Origin: Mobula birostris
Lineage: Eukaryota
Direction: 5' to 3'
DNA: 64,000 nucleotides
Assembly: GCF_030028105.1 (NCBI RefSeq)
Contig: NC_092384.1
Span: 17,367,629-17,431,628 of the forward strand
Position numbers and translations under genes: made by a program. Of this stretch, positions 38,380 to 52,200 are shown piece after piece. The stretch's first letter is position 1. Every line of letters starts with the position of its first letter. The notes below the pieces were generated by a model that worked only from the letters and a program-made list of their open reading frames with translations, ran no database searches and had not been told where the DNA came from.

Positions 38380-40060
38380 CGTTGTTGTTGTTCAGTCGTT
38401 TCGTCGATACCGACTCCTCGTGACCTCGTGGACTCCTGCACACCAAGCCTTCTTGTTGGAAACTGCCTCGCTAAGATTCCCCAAGGTCATACGCATGATC
38501 TGAGTAATATTATCTATCCATTGTAGCCTCTGTCCCGTCTACTTACTTCTTTTACCTACTGTTTTACCTCACATGACAGACTTCTCCAAGGAATCCCGTC
38601 TACTCATGATTGGTCAAAATATGTGAACTTTTGTCTCATAATCAAGCCTCCTCATGTGCAGTCTGGCTGTATTTCTTCAAATATTGTCTTGTAGGTTCTT
38701 CTTGCCGTCTAACGAACTCTTAACACTTTCCTCCAGCAGCCAAGTTCAAAGGTGTTTATTCTTTTGTATTTAGCCTTACTCATAGCCAGTTCTCACAGTC
38801 ATACGTCGCAACTGGAAATACTATAGACTTGACAATATGGATTTTCATAGACAATGTTAGACCTCCGCTCTTCAGTATTTTATCTAAGTTTGCTATTGCT
38901 GCCCTCCCCAGAAGTAAGCGCCGTTTAAATTTGTGGCTGCAGTCACCATTTATAGAAACATTAGATCTGAGGAAGACAAAATCCGTCACTGTTTCCACTT
39001 CCTTTCCATTTATTAACTTCCTCGCTGTCTACTACACCCATAATCCTGGTGTTATCCGCAAATTTCCTGATCTACTTATTCACATTATTTTCCAGATGGT
39101 TAACATTAATGATAGACAGGAACGGACCCTGCACAGCTCCCTGCGGCATATCACTCGTCCTCCGACCAGAGAAGCAACCATACAATGTTATTTTTTGGCT
39201 TCTCCCACAAAGTCTATGGCTAATCAAATTTTCTACCTCACTTTGAATACCAAGAGACTGAATCTTCTTGAGCAACCTCCCATGTGGGCCTTGACAAATG
39301 TCTTACTAAATTCGTTGTTGGCAACATGCACTGTCTTCTCTTCAAACAATTTCCTGGCTCGAAAAACTCTATAAGATTGGTTAGATATGATCTATCATGC
39401 ACGAAGCCATGCAGACTCTCCTTATCAGTCCATGTCTATCTACAGTCCCTTAGAATAGCTTCCAATACTTTCCTGCTCTTGCTGTCAACCTCGTTGTTAC
39501 TCAGTCGTTAAGTCGAGTCAGACTCTTCGTCATCTCATGGACTCCTGCACACCAAGTCTTCTTGTTGGAAACCATCTCTCTAAGTTCCCCCGAATGTCAT
39601 ATGCATTTCATGTGTATTAGTATCTGTCCATTGTAGCCTCTGTTGCCCTCTCCTCCTCTTACCCTCTGGTTTACCTCACATGACAGTGTTCTCCAAGGAA
39701 TCCTGTCTCCTCATGATGTAGCCAAAATATATCAACTTTTGTCTCATAATGAAGCATCGCTGTCCAACGAAGTCTTTACACTTTCCTTCAGCGTCCAAGT
39801 CAAAGGTATAGATTCTATTGTATTCACCCTGACTAATAGTCCAGCTCTCACAGCCATTCAGCACAACTCGAAATACCACAGACTGGACTATACGGATTTT
39901 CATAGACAAGGTTATATCTCTGCTCTTCAAAATTTTTTCTAAATTTGTCATTGCTGCCCTCCTGAGAAGTAAGCGCTGTTTAATTGAATGGCAGCAGTTA
40001 CCATCTATAGAAATCTTTGAACGGAGGAAAACAAAATCCGTCACTGTTTCCAATTGTTTT
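38380..40060 (-). mobile_element. Two RTE-clade (BovB-like) 3' fragments (~38380-39010, ~39480-40060) alternating with old CR1 fragments
   Basis: METVTDFVFLRSNVSINGDCSHKFKRRLLLGRAAIANLDKILKS...SIVFPVATYDCENW, and a second copy ..KQRLLLRRAAMTNLEKILKSRDITLSMKIRIVQSVVF..GCESWT. Confidence 0.8.
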
Positions 40061-40269
40061 CCATTTATTGTTTTGTTTTGAGCTGGAGACTCGAGACTTA
40101 GAGTGTAGGGAAGATGCGCAATATATAAATATAAAAAGGAGGTGTGCGACCGGTGATAGATGGAACCAGGCTCGCGGCATGGAGTGGTGGAGTGTTTGAA
40201 ATTGGAGCGAGAAAAGTTTGGTCGAATTTGCTCATTGCGGAATCCTGTAAAAACATATAATAACGGTCG

Positions 40270-40447
40270 AGGCAGGTTCGATGTTGTCATTTAAAGTTAA
40301 ATTGGATAGCTATATGGACAGCAAACGAATGGAGGGTTATGGGCTGAGTGCAGGTCGGTGGGATTAGGCGAGAGTAAGTGCTCGGCACGGACTAGAATGG
40401 CCGAGAAGGCCTGTTTCCGTGCTGTAGTTATTACATGGTTATATGGT
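40270..40447 (+). mobile_element. CR1 3' end fragment
   Basis: ggagggttatgggctgagtgcaggtcggtggga...cctgtttccgtgctgta..atggttatatggtta. Confidence 0.75.
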
Positions 40448-40469
40448 TACCACGGAATTAATAAGGCTG

Positions 40470-42900
40470 ATCGACATAGTCTTGGGTTTCTTCACATTGA
40501 GCGAAATCCTGTCACAATGGGGCGCTAGGAACGGACCCAAATGCAATACACAGACACTGAAGTACAAGGAACAGGACTTGACTAGAGTAAGGACGTGACA
40601 GGGTGGGGTCTTGGTCTTGTGGCCTGCAGGCAGGGGTCTTGAGGCTTGAGTTCGGAGACAGGCTTGGAGTCTTGAGGCTTCAGGCTTGGAGGCAGGCTTG
40701 GGGTCATGAAGCTTGAGGCTTGGAGGCAGCCTTAAGGTCTTGAGGCATGAGGCTTGGAGGCTGGCCTGGGGTCTTGAGGCTTGAGGTTTGGAGGCAGGCT
40801 TAGGGTCTTGAGACTTGAGGCTTGGAGGAAGGCTTGGGGTCTTGGTCTTGAGGCCTGCAAGTTGGGGTCTTGGTCTTGAGGCCTGCAGGCAGGGATCTTG
40901 AGGCTTAAGCTTGGAGACAGGCTTGGGGTCTTGAGGCTTAAGCTTGGAGACAGGCTTGGGGGTCTTGAGGCTTGAGACTTGGAGGCAGGCTTGGGGTCTT
41001 GAGGCGTCAGGTTTGGAGGCAGGCTTGGCGTGATGAGGTTTGAGGCTTGGAGGAAGGCTTGGGGTCTTGGTCTGGAGACCTGCAGGTTCTGGTCTTGGTC
41101 TTGAGGCCTGCAGACTGGGGTCTTGGTCTTGAAATGCGGAGACTTGTGTATGGACTCTGAGACAGAGACTGGGCAAGGACCCAGAACCTGGGACTTAACT
41201 CCCGCTCTGACTCCAGAATAGGTGAGGACAAGACGAGGCCACATGGCTTGGGTGAGGAACTCCTGGTTAGGGTGAGACACAAGGACAGGTAAAGGCACAT
41301 GGACTGGACTAGGCACAGAGTGGGCGAGGGCCTTCAGGAACACGGAGCCTTGGACTAGAAGAGACAGGAGCACGGACCACAGAGCCGGGACTCCTCTTTG
41401 GGAACAGGACTTAGGGCCGGGACTCACAAACATAACACAGAGCCGGGACACCTCCTTGGTAACAGGAGGTAGCCCGGGACTCACACACATAGCACATAGC
41501 CGGGACCCCTCCTTACGAAAAGGACGTAGGGCCGGGACTCATACATTGAACACTGAACATGAAGAGACAGATTCCAACACAAGGTGGCGGCAAAAGGCTG
41601 GACCCACTTAGCGAAGGCGTAGACAAAGAGAGACAATTTCAGACAACGAAAGACGGTTCCTTATCTTGAGCTAACAAGGCTCCAGCCTTGTTCCGACGGT
41701 AAGAATTCAGTGATATAGACGGGGTATCCAAGCTAAGTGAGCAGGCAAAGATCAGGCGAGGTATCCAGGCATAGAGTCAGGCAAGGTGGGGGGGGGGGGG
41801 ATACAAGGAGGGGAACACAACAGTCCAGCAGGGAATCTCTGGTTTGCAGAGGTATTTCTGTCTCAGTCCCAAAACGAGAAACATGTGCCCACAACAGAAA
41901 ATGGGGAAAACCAGAAACCCTGGAACAAGGAAACATGGACCGGACCGTGAACCGGAACACAGACTTCACGGACCGGGCCATGACAAATCCAGCTTTTGCA
42001 TTTTTTATTTTCACTTTGATAGAAGCTTCCTCAGATCCTCCTTACTTTTGCCATTGGAGTAGTAGCATCTGCATATCTGAGTTGTTCATATTTTGTCCGT
42101 CACTTTTGATTCCAACATTTGTGTTCTCCAGACCAGCATTCCTCGTGATGTATTCAGCATATAGATTAAATAAGTAGAGTGACAGTACGCAGCCTTGTCA
42201 TGCTCCCTTCCCAATCTTGAACCGGTTTTTTGTTCCGTGTTCATTTCTAACTATTGCATCTTGATCTTCGGACAAGTTTATCATAAGCCAGATCAGATGT
42301 CCAGGTATCCCCATTTCTTTAAAGATTTGCTATAGTTTATTATGGACTACACTGTCGACGGCTTTAGAGTAGTCAATAAAACATAGATAAATACTTCTTT
42401 TTCTGAAATTCCCTCGATTTTTTCCATTATCGAGCGTAGATTATTTGGTGTCTGGTGCCGCTGCATCTTCTAAAACCATATATTACTGAAGTCCTGCTTA
42501 CATGATCTTTCGCATTAAGATACTAGCATTGGAAATTAGTGAAATTGTCTGGTAATTTGAACATTACCTTACATTTTGCTTCTTGGTAATTGGGATATGA
42601 ATTGATCTTCTCCAGTTTACAGGCCATTGCTGATTTTTACCGATCTGCTGGCAAATTGCATGCAACACTTTTACACAACATCTCCTTTTAACATTTTAAA
42701 CTATTCAACAAGAATCCTGTCACATCCTGTAGCTTTATTATTGTCAATGTTTCTCTTATCACACACTCGACTTCAATTTCCAGATTGTTCGGCTCCAAAT
42801 CGATGAGGAAGTCATTGCAGGTGCCTTCACCGTTTGCATCTTTCCTGTACCATTTTTCTATGAGTTCCAGTCGTTTCTTTATGACTGAATTGTGGAGCAG
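40470..42900 (-). mobile_element. RTE/BovB-like RT remnant interrupted by a solo LTR
   Basis: The reverse complement of ~42150-42230 reads as RTE RT (ttcaagattgggaagggagcatgacaaggctgcgtactgtcactctacttatttaatctatatgctgaatacatc). Sequence is continuous across the LTR TSD. Confidence 0.7.
40510..41985 (-). mobile_element. Solo LTR (Gypsy-type) with internal tandem repeats
   Basis: TGTCAC...CATGACA. Perfect 5-bp TSD AATCC. Confidence 0.92.
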
Positions 42901-43395
42901 ACCTAGTCCTGGACCTGAACCCTAGTACCCAGGAGGCAACATCATCGGAAAATGTCGTTCTCGTCCACAGAACCTCCTTCCTGTTCTCCTCAAGAATCCC
43001 CTATATCCACAGCTCGCCTCTTCTCCCCTCCCCACACCGCACCTGCCAACTTCCTTTTTAGTCGCACAGTCAGGCTCAGTGCCAAAGACCTGACCGCTGT
43101 CAATTTCCTCTGATAGGTCATTCTTCGAACGGCATCTCAAGTGGGATACCAGCTGTTGAGGGGAATAGCCGCAAGTTTCTCGGCGCTGACTGTTTCCATC
43201 CTTCCCCTTCCTGACTATCACCTAAATGTAAACCTCAAATACACATTCTGCCATAACAATAATATTACTTGTTTCGTGCTTTCAATGAGAACCACACAAT
43301 GAAAGACGCACCTTCAGTAATACACAAATATACATGATTTGCAGAGCCACAAGGCTGTGCTAGTGGCAAAAGACATGAATGACAAGTCCATTGAC

Positions 43396-43452
43396 CAAAT
43401 TCAGAAAAGCCTGAAATGAAAACTCGATGGACATCCTGATTAGAATGCACAA
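43396..43452 (-). pseudogene. Candidate 57-nt phase 1-1 exon (V)VHSNQDVHRVFISGFSEF
   Basis: Acceptor ccttctattttttcag; weak donor gtcaat. Paralogs at 19344-19391 (minus, CGA>TGA stop) and 13383-13440 (plus, inverted copy). Confidence 0.4.
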
Positions 43453-44829
43453 CTGAAAAAATAGAAGGATACAAGAGAAACAGCATAACAATCAAAACGC
43501 AGGCAACGTATATTAATGAGAAATTTGGGTAATTAACTGAAATTCTTGTTTTTATGCAACAATGAGCATTATTATTTTAAAATAACACGATCTTAACATA
43601 TTATTTAAATACATAGACGTAAATTTTAGAGTAAAATATACCGTGTTTGCGTGGAATTACTAAACAACTCCGTCGTTCCTCCGAATCCTTGAACATGAGA
43701 AATAATAATTGAAATAAAAGGAAACTACTCGACGAATTCGGTGGGCCAGGCAGTGCGGGTGAAGGCATGCGGGTGTTTAAAGTTTTGAGCTGGAGACCCG
43801 GCACTTCGAGTGTAGGGAAGGTGCGCAATATATAAATATGAAAAAGGTGTGTGACCGGTGATAGATGGAACCAAGCTCGCGGGATGGAGTGGTGGAGTGT
43901 TTGCAAGCGGAGCGAGAAAAAAATTGATCGAATTTGCTCATTGCGGAATCCTGTAAAAGCGTATAATAACGGTTGAGTCAAATATGCTTTACTAAGTGGA
44001 ATAAAGGATATATATTGAACAGTTAATGGGAGATATCGTTATCATCCTAGAAAACGATACCATAGGATTAATGCTGTTCAGTCGGCAGTGCAAGGCGACC
44101 TTTATTTAAGATGTTTAGTGAAACGTATTTTGCGTGTAATGTATCATCAGTGATTCGCCGAAGCATTTTTAACCGAGATTTCGTCCTCCAATACTGAAAT
44201 GAACCGAAGTGAGAAGCCAAGGTTCAAAATTACGTCTGATGTTTAGCGAATAAGATATCGTTTATCGACAAACGAATAGCATATCATTTATTGCATGTTT
44301 TGTTAGTGGAGGAGTGTTTCTAAATAGATTGCAACAATTCAAAGAAATAGAATTGGGAGGCGGGGCGGTGTCGATTTATTGGCGTAACAGCGTAGCAGTT
44401 CGAGATGCCGCCATCTTCAGGCCGTCGCAGTGACAGAATGGACTTGATTGGAATTTACAGAGGAATTTACGACTTTACAGATATTTAAAATCCCTGAAAC
44501 CGTTATCATTTATAGAATTATTGTATTTATTGTCTGTCTTCATTAGTCTGTACTGAAATATTTTTTCAGATAAAATTTAGTACACACGTGGTATTGCATC
44601 AGTATTAGCGAGTGTGTTTTTTTTTTGCACAGGGCATTCTCCACTGCGAGCAAATAATGATACATTTGAAACAATGTTGAGCTGAGCTGAAACTAAATAC
44701 GACCTGAAAAAGCACTTTGGAGGATATCACCAGCGCCTCACACTCGCTTGAGAAACTTGTCTACTCTTGTGACATTGCCCTTCGGAGAAATAACAAACGG
44801 CCATTTGCATTTTTTTATGAGTAGATGCA

Positions 44830-47800
44830 GTAAGATGGTGCCATTAATTGGCGACGCTTCGCGTGCTCTCCCGAGCAAGCTGCCCTCCACACTATCCTAT
44901 ACCGGAGAAACCATTATAAACCTTCAACCTGCTACACCTAGGTCGATCAACAACACCCGGGCGAAGCTACTAACCCAGCTGGAGATCACCGCGCCAGAAT
45001 TGTTTCTTAAACGCCGGACCGCACCTGGACCCGACCAGCGAGGCCCGGTCCGAAACCCACCACGTACCCGGAGACCCGCGGACTGCTACCATGCCGGAGT
45101 GCTTGGAGACACGGCCCATTCCAACCAGTACCTCTCCAGAGCAGGCGACCACACAGAGGTGACGTCGGAGAACTCAAGGTGCCCCAGACCCTTCCCGTAG
45201 CGACCACTGTAAAGCCCCGTTGGTGGACATCAACAGCTGCCAGAAGTGAGGCTTCGCCCCCGACCTCGGAAATCGAGCCCGAGGCTCGGCTCGAGCGGGG
45301 GCCTCCGCAACCCTGACTCAGCTTACGGACTTGTTTCAGCCAACAGCCCGGCCCTCCGGGATTAAGTATCGGCTTCGCGACCCGACCCAGTCGACGGTCC
45401 GGGCCCCCGGCAACTTGAAGTGGCAGCGGAGCCTCGTCCGTCACTCGGCCCGACCCGGAGCGCCCGACAACGCGACCCGCCGATCAATCCCCGCGGGACG
45501 CGTCCACCGACCTCAAAAAGCAGACAACACACTGCATCGATGGAAACCTGGAAAAATGCACTATTTACTGAGGAAGCGTGGGAAAAGAGCTGGGCTGCTG
45601 GTCAGACTGAAGATGAGGGGCTTCAGGTTGGCTATGCCAACCAACCTACTAGCTATTGTGCAAGCCATAGAGAACAAGGTGGATGATTTTAAAGGGAGAT
45701 TCACCTACTGCGGGGAGAGGCAGAACTGCTGTGTATTCTGTTTCACCGAGACCTTGCTCTCCCTTGCCACCCCCGACTGTGCCATCCGACTTTCGATCGG
45801 ATTTTCGATCCATTGGATGGACCGCATGACGTGTTCGGGCAAGACGAGGGGAGGTGGTGTCTACCTACTGATCAACACTGCGTGGTATTCGGACACTGTG
45901 GCACTGACAAATCCCAGACCGGACCTGGAACACCTGTCGGTGAAGTGTCGTCCCTACTATCTGCCATGAGGATTCACCTCGGTCATAGTGACAGTGGTCT
46001 ACATTCCACCCCACCCCCCGCCCCCCCGGGCGGTCGTGGAGTGTGCTCTGAACATACTGTATGCCAACATCAGTGAACTTGAGACCAGGTATCCGGAGGC
46101 TTTGCTCATTACAGCCGGGGAGTTTAACAAGGCCAACCTCAGAAAGGCGCTACCAAAGTTATATCGACATGTCTCCTGCCCCACCACAGGCCCGAATGTA
46201 CTTGACCACTGCTACAGAGCAGCCAAGGATGCCTACCGTTCCGTCCACGACCTTACTTCGGAAAATCGGACCATCAGGCCGTACTCCTCCTCCCGGCTGG
46301 CAAACAGAAACTAAAGCGGGAGTTCACGGTGTCAAAAGTATTGTCGCGTTGGACGGAGGAAACGGATGAGGTCCTCCGTGACTGCTTTGAATCGGTGGAC
46401 TAGTTAGTATTCCAGGACTCGGCAGCTAAGTTCGATGAGTATGCCTTATCTGTCACGGACTTTATTTGGAAATGCACGGAGGACTGTGTGTCTCGCAAGA
46501 CGATCCGGGTATTCCCTAACCGGAAACCTTGGATGAATTATGAGGTCAAGTCCCATTTGAAGGCTAGAGCTGCGGCTTTTAGGTCCGGGGATACCAGTCG
46601 CTACACGGAATCCAGGCGTGAACTCTAGAAAGCCACTAAGGGCACCAAGAGGCAATATCGAGCCAAGTTGGAAGTCCAGGCTAACCAGAGGGATGCCAGT
46701 AGACTATGGCAGGGTCTAAATGATATCACTGGGGGCAAAGAAAAGGCTGGGAATATCAATAACTGTGGCGCTTCTCTTCCTGACGAACTTAACGTGTTCT
46801 ACGCAAGATTCGAACGGAAGAGGAGCGTCTTGTTCCCTCCGGATCGGCCATACCTGGTGGCATCGAGATTCAGCGACACCTAGGAGGACGTTAGAAGGTC
46901 CTTACTGAGGATAGATCCAAGGAAGGCGACGGACCCAGATGACGTCCCCTGACGGGTTCTCCGGGCCTGTGCAAGCGAGCTAGCTGGAGTGTTAGCTGAC
47001 ATCTTCTACTGCTCCTTGCTTCAGTCTAAGATCCCCTCGTGTTTTAAGAAGGCAACGATAATCCCAGTGCCGAAGAAGAGCAAGGTGGCATGCCTGAATG
47101 ACTATCGACCTGTGGCTCTAGCATCAATTACTATGAAGTGCTTCGAGCGATTGGTTATGGCACACATCAACCACAGCCTAGCGGTCAACCTCGACGCTTT
47201 GCAATTCGCCTACTGGAGCAACAGGTCAACGGCAGATGCCATCTCTCTGGCCCTACATTCCCCCTTAGAACATCTGGAGAATAAATAGGCATACGTAAGG
47301 CTCCTTTTCATTGACTACAGCTCAGCCTTTAATACCATCATTCCAAATAAACTGATTGCTAAGCTCCGGAACCTTTGCTTTAGCACTCAGATCTGCAGCT
47401 GGATCTTCAACATCCTCACAGACAAGACCCAGGCTGTGAAAATAGGGGACAGGCTCTCCTCTACAATAACTCTGAGCACCGGTGCACCAGAAGGCTGTGT
47501 ACTGAGGCCCCTGCTGTACTCACTGTACACCCATGATTGTGTAGCAAGTTTCCATTGAATTCAATATATAAGTTTGCTGATGACACGACAATTGTAGGCC
47601 GTATCTCGGGTAATGATGAGTTTGAGTACAGAGAGGAAATTAAGAACCTGGTGGCATGGTGCGAAGACAATAACGTATCCCTCAACGTCAGCAAGACGAA
47701 GGAATTGGTTGTTGACTTCAGAAGGAGTAGCGCACCGCACGACCTAATTTACATTGTTGGTGCGCAAGTGGAACAGGTCAAAAGATTTAAGTTCCTCCGG

Positions 47801-48460
47801 GTCAATATCACAAATGACCTGACTTGGTCCAACCAAGCAGAGTCCTCTGCCAATTAGGCCCAACAGCGCCTTTACTTTCTGAGAAAACCAAAGAAATTTG
47901 ACCTGTCCCCTAAAACCCTCACTAATTTTTATAGGTGCAGCGTAGAAAGCATTCTTCTGGGGTGCATCACAACCTGGTATGGAAGTTGTCCTGTCCAAGA
48001 CTAGAAGAAGCTGCAGAAGATCGTGAACACATCGCACAAACCAATCTCCCGTCCTTGCACTCACTTTAAACCGCACGCTGCCAGAGCAGTGCTGCCAGGA
48101 TAATCAAGGACACGACCAACCCAGCCAACACACATTTCCTCCCTCTTCCCTCCGGGAGAAGGCTCAGGAGCTTGAAGACTCGTACGGCCAGATTTGGGAA
48201 CAGCATCTTTCCAACTGTGATAAGACTGCTGAACGGATCCTAGACCGGATCCGGGTCGTACCCTCCAAATATCCGGACCTGCCTCTCGGTTTTGTTGCAC
48301 TACCTTACTTTCCATTTTTCTATTTTCTATTTATGATTTATAATTTAAATTTTTAATATTTGCTATCGATTTGTAATGCAGGGAGAAGGAAGCGCAGAAT
48401 GAAATATCGCTGTGATGATTGTACATTCTAGTATCAATTGTTTGGCCACAATAAAGTATC
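44830..48460 (+). mobile_element. Near full-length Rex1/Babar LINE, decayed
   Basis: RKRGKRAG leader; EN motifs CVFCFTET and GKTRGGGV; RT motifs [37 protein letters not shown] and YKFADDTTIVG; 3' AATAAA tail at ~48450. 5' boundary uncertain. Confidence 0.88.
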
Positions 48461-48791
48461 AATAAGAAAGATAAGAGTACATGAACAAGATATTATTACT
48501 TGAAAGTAATTATCAAAGCAATATTTAAAAGTGGAGAAATCGACGAGATTTGAGATGTGAAGTGACCGAGGAGAAGAAAATGAATGGATGATTCTCAAAG
48601 GTACCTCTGTCCCAGCCAGTATATCCGGCAGAACAGGTCTGAGCGGCCCACTCTTGTTTCAAAGCGTGTACGTTTCTATTATTTTGCGTATTTCTCTGGA
48701 TTGCCGAAACTCTTTCAGGAATAGATTGTCGTTTGATTTATCAGACAGAGGATTTATTTCACTGCCGATGTTTTCGGTACCTATTCCCTAC

Positions 48792-48830
48792 CTTCTTTAG
48801 TCCCGCACCTTATCCACCAACTACGCTGAC
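48792..48830 (-). pseudogene. Candidate 39-nt phase 1-1 exon (G)QRSWWIRCGTKE
   Basis: gttgttcatcag|...GAA G|gtaggg. Same-length paralog at 23674-23712. Confidence 0.45.
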
Positions 48831-49252
48831 CTGATGAACAACGATAATATATTATTATAACAGGATGATCAGCCTGTTGTGTCACACATACATCTACCTG
48901 AACCGGAATTAATGTGTCCATTTAAGGACTACGGGCCAAATAAATGCTGGGCATATTTCAGATTTATTTTACTATATTGGGATATTGGCCAGTTATTAAT
49001 CGCTGAGGAATCTGTCCAAAGCACCATATTCTTCGAGAGTACACTTCTAGACAAGTGATTCCTATATAAATCTACTTATCACCGTCTACGTTTTTAGTCA
49101 AATGTTATGATTAGGCTAAACCTGATTTCCTTTAATGTGACCATGTGCGTATGTCCACTGTTTCAATGTGGGCTGGGACAGGCACACAGGTTGCTATGTT
49201 TTTTGTCTTGCCTTTTTGTTGCCCTGGCTGTTGCGATAGTGCAGCTGTATTT

Positions 49253-52200
49253 AACCATATAACATATAACCATATAACAATTACAGCACGGAAACAGGCC
49301 ATCTCGGCCCTTCTAGTCCGTGCCCGACGCTTACTCTCACCAAGTCCCATCTACCTGCACTCAGCCCATAACCTTCCATTCCCGTCCATATACCTATCCA
49401 TTTTTCTTTTAATTGATTAAATCGAACCTGCCTCTGCCACTTCTGCTGGCAGCTGGTTCCACACAGCTGCCACTCTCTGAGTAAAGAAATTCCCCCTCGT
49501 GTTACCCCTAAACTTTTGCCCCATAACTCTCATCTCATGTCCTCTTGTTTGAATCTCCCCTACTCTCAATGGAAAGAGGCTAACCACGTCAACTCTATCT
49601 ATCCCCTTATAATTTTAAATACCTCTATCAAGTCCCGCCTCAATCTTCTATGCTCCAAAGAATAAATACCTAACTTGTTCAACCTTTCTCTGTAACTTAG
49701 GTGCTGAAACCCAGGGAACAATCTAGTAACTCGCCTGTGTACTCTCTCTATGTTGTTGACATCTTTCCTATAATTCGGTGACCAGAACTGCACACAATTC
49801 TCCAAATTTGTCCTCAGCAATGCCTTGTACTATTTCAACATTACATCCCAACTTCTATACTCAATGCTCTGATTTATAAAGGCCAGCATACCAAAAGCTT
49901 TCTTCATCACCCTATCCACATGAGATTGCACCTTCAGGGAAATATGCACCATTATTCCTAGATCACTCTGATCTACTGCATTCCGCAATGCCCTACAATT
50001 TACCATGTATGTCCTATGGTGATTAGTCCTACCAAAATGTAGCACCTCAGACTTATGAGCATTAATTCTGATTTGAAGGAGAATGGACGTGAAAGCATAG
50101 AAGAACATCTGGAGAAATTTCTGAAACGGTCGTTCACTGCTGCCGTTACTGTGTGGTCGGGAATCTTTCGGAGGGTAGGTTTCAAAATCGCCGGCCTTGC
50201 CTGCTTTTGGCGACCGAGAAGGAGGTCGAATCGTTCCGCAGAGATGCCGCTCAGTACTCGGTGTTCGGAGAGTTGATCAGAGCTTGAAGTTTTCGGATGA
50301 TCAGAGTTCGATTATGGTCAGCATGGCAGGGAGAGTTTTTCTTCCTTCCTTCTCCCGCCTGCGCGAGATGTGGGACATTTGAGACTCTTTGAACTTTACT
50401 GTGCACGTGGACTTTCTTCATCAAGTTATAGTATTGTTACACTGTTTGTCATTATATGTATAATTATGTAGTTTTGTTAGTTTTTTCATTCTTGCTTTGT
50501 CCTGTGTTTTGTGATAGCCCACTGGAGGAAATAATGTAATATTTCTTAATGCATGCATTACTAAATGACAATAAAAAGGGGACTACGTGTCTTCATAATC
50601 TAAACTCCATATGCCATCTTTCAGCCCACTATTCTTACTGGCCTAAATCACTCTGCAAGCTTTGAAAACCGACTTCATTATCCACAACGCCACCTATCTT
50701 AGTACCATCCGCATACGTACTAATGCAATTTACCACCCCGTCATCCAGATTATTAATGTATATAACAAACAACATTGGGCCCAGTACAGCTCCTTGAGAC
50801 ACACCACTAGTCACCGGCCTCCAAACTGACAAACAGTTATCCACCACCACTCTCTGGCATCTCACATCCAGCCACTGTTGAATCCATTTTACTACTTCAA
50901 TATTAATACCTAACGATTGAACCGTCCTAACTACCTTCCATGTGGGACCTTGTCAAAGGCCTTACTGAAGTCCATATAGACAAATTCCCCCGATTTACCC
51001 TCGTCAGTTTTCCAAGCCACCTCTTCAAAATTTCAATAATGTTTGTCAACATGACCGTCCACGCATAAATCCATGTTGACTGTTTCTATTCAGACCCAGT
51101 CTGTCCAGATAATTATATATACCATCTATAAGAATACTTTCCATTAATTTTCCCACCACTGACGTCAAACCTACAGGCAGATAATTGCTAGGTTTACTCT
51201 TAGAACCCCTTTTAAACGATGGAAACACATGAGCATTATACCAGTCGTTCGGCACCATCCCTGTTTCTAATGTCATTTGAAATACATCTGTCAGAGCCCC
51301 TGATATTTCTACACTAACTTCCCTCAAGGTCCTGAGGAATATCTTGTCAGGACCCGGAGACTTATCCACTTTTATATTCCTTAAAAGCGCCAGTACTTCC
51401 TCTTCTTTAATCATCATAGTTTCCATAACTACCTACTTGTTTCCCTTACGTTACACAAGTCAATGACCTTCTCCTTAATGAATACCGAAGAAAAGAAATT
51501 GTCCAAGATCTCCCACATCTCTTTTGGCTCTGCACATAGCTGTCCACTCTGATCCTCTAAGAGACGAATTTTATCCCTCACTATCCTTTTCCTATTAATA
51601 TAACTGCAGAAACTCTTTGGATTTATTTTCATCTTACATGCCAAAGCAACCTTATACCTTCTTTCTTCTTTTCTAATTTCTTTCTTAAGATTCTTTTTAC
51701 ATTCTTTATATTCCTCGAGCACCTCACTTAGTCCAAACTGACTATATTTATCGTAGCTCTCTCTCTTTTCGAACCAAGTTTCTAATATCCCTTGAAAGCC
51801 ATAGCTCTCTCAAACTTTTACTCTTTCCTTTCAACCTAACAGGAACCTAAAAACTCTGTAGCCTCAAAGCTTCACCTTTAAATGATCTCTATTTCTCAAT
51901 TGCATCCTTCCATTAAAACAAATTGTCCCATCCACTCCTTCTGAGTCCTTTCGCATCTACTCAAAGTTATCCTTTCTCTAATCAAAAATCTCAACCCTGG
52001 GTCCAGTCCTATCCTTCTCCATAATTATATTGAAACTAATGAAATTGTGATCAGTGGACCCAAAGTGCTCCCCAACACATACCTCCGTCACCTGTCGTAT
52101 CTCATTCCCTAACAGGAGATTCAACACTGCCCCTTCTCTAGTTGGTACCTCTGTGTATTGCTGCAAAAAACTGTCTAGCACACATTTTCCAAACTCCAAA

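Noticed and set aside
40439-41490. Long ORFs of 245 and 252 aa (also 15955-16554, 18144-18674, 25518-26229, 16878-17360)
   Set aside because: They lie inside LTR tandem-repeat tracts. Low-complexity P/S/Q/R/L translations are open in several frames, which is an artefact of stop-poor repeats.
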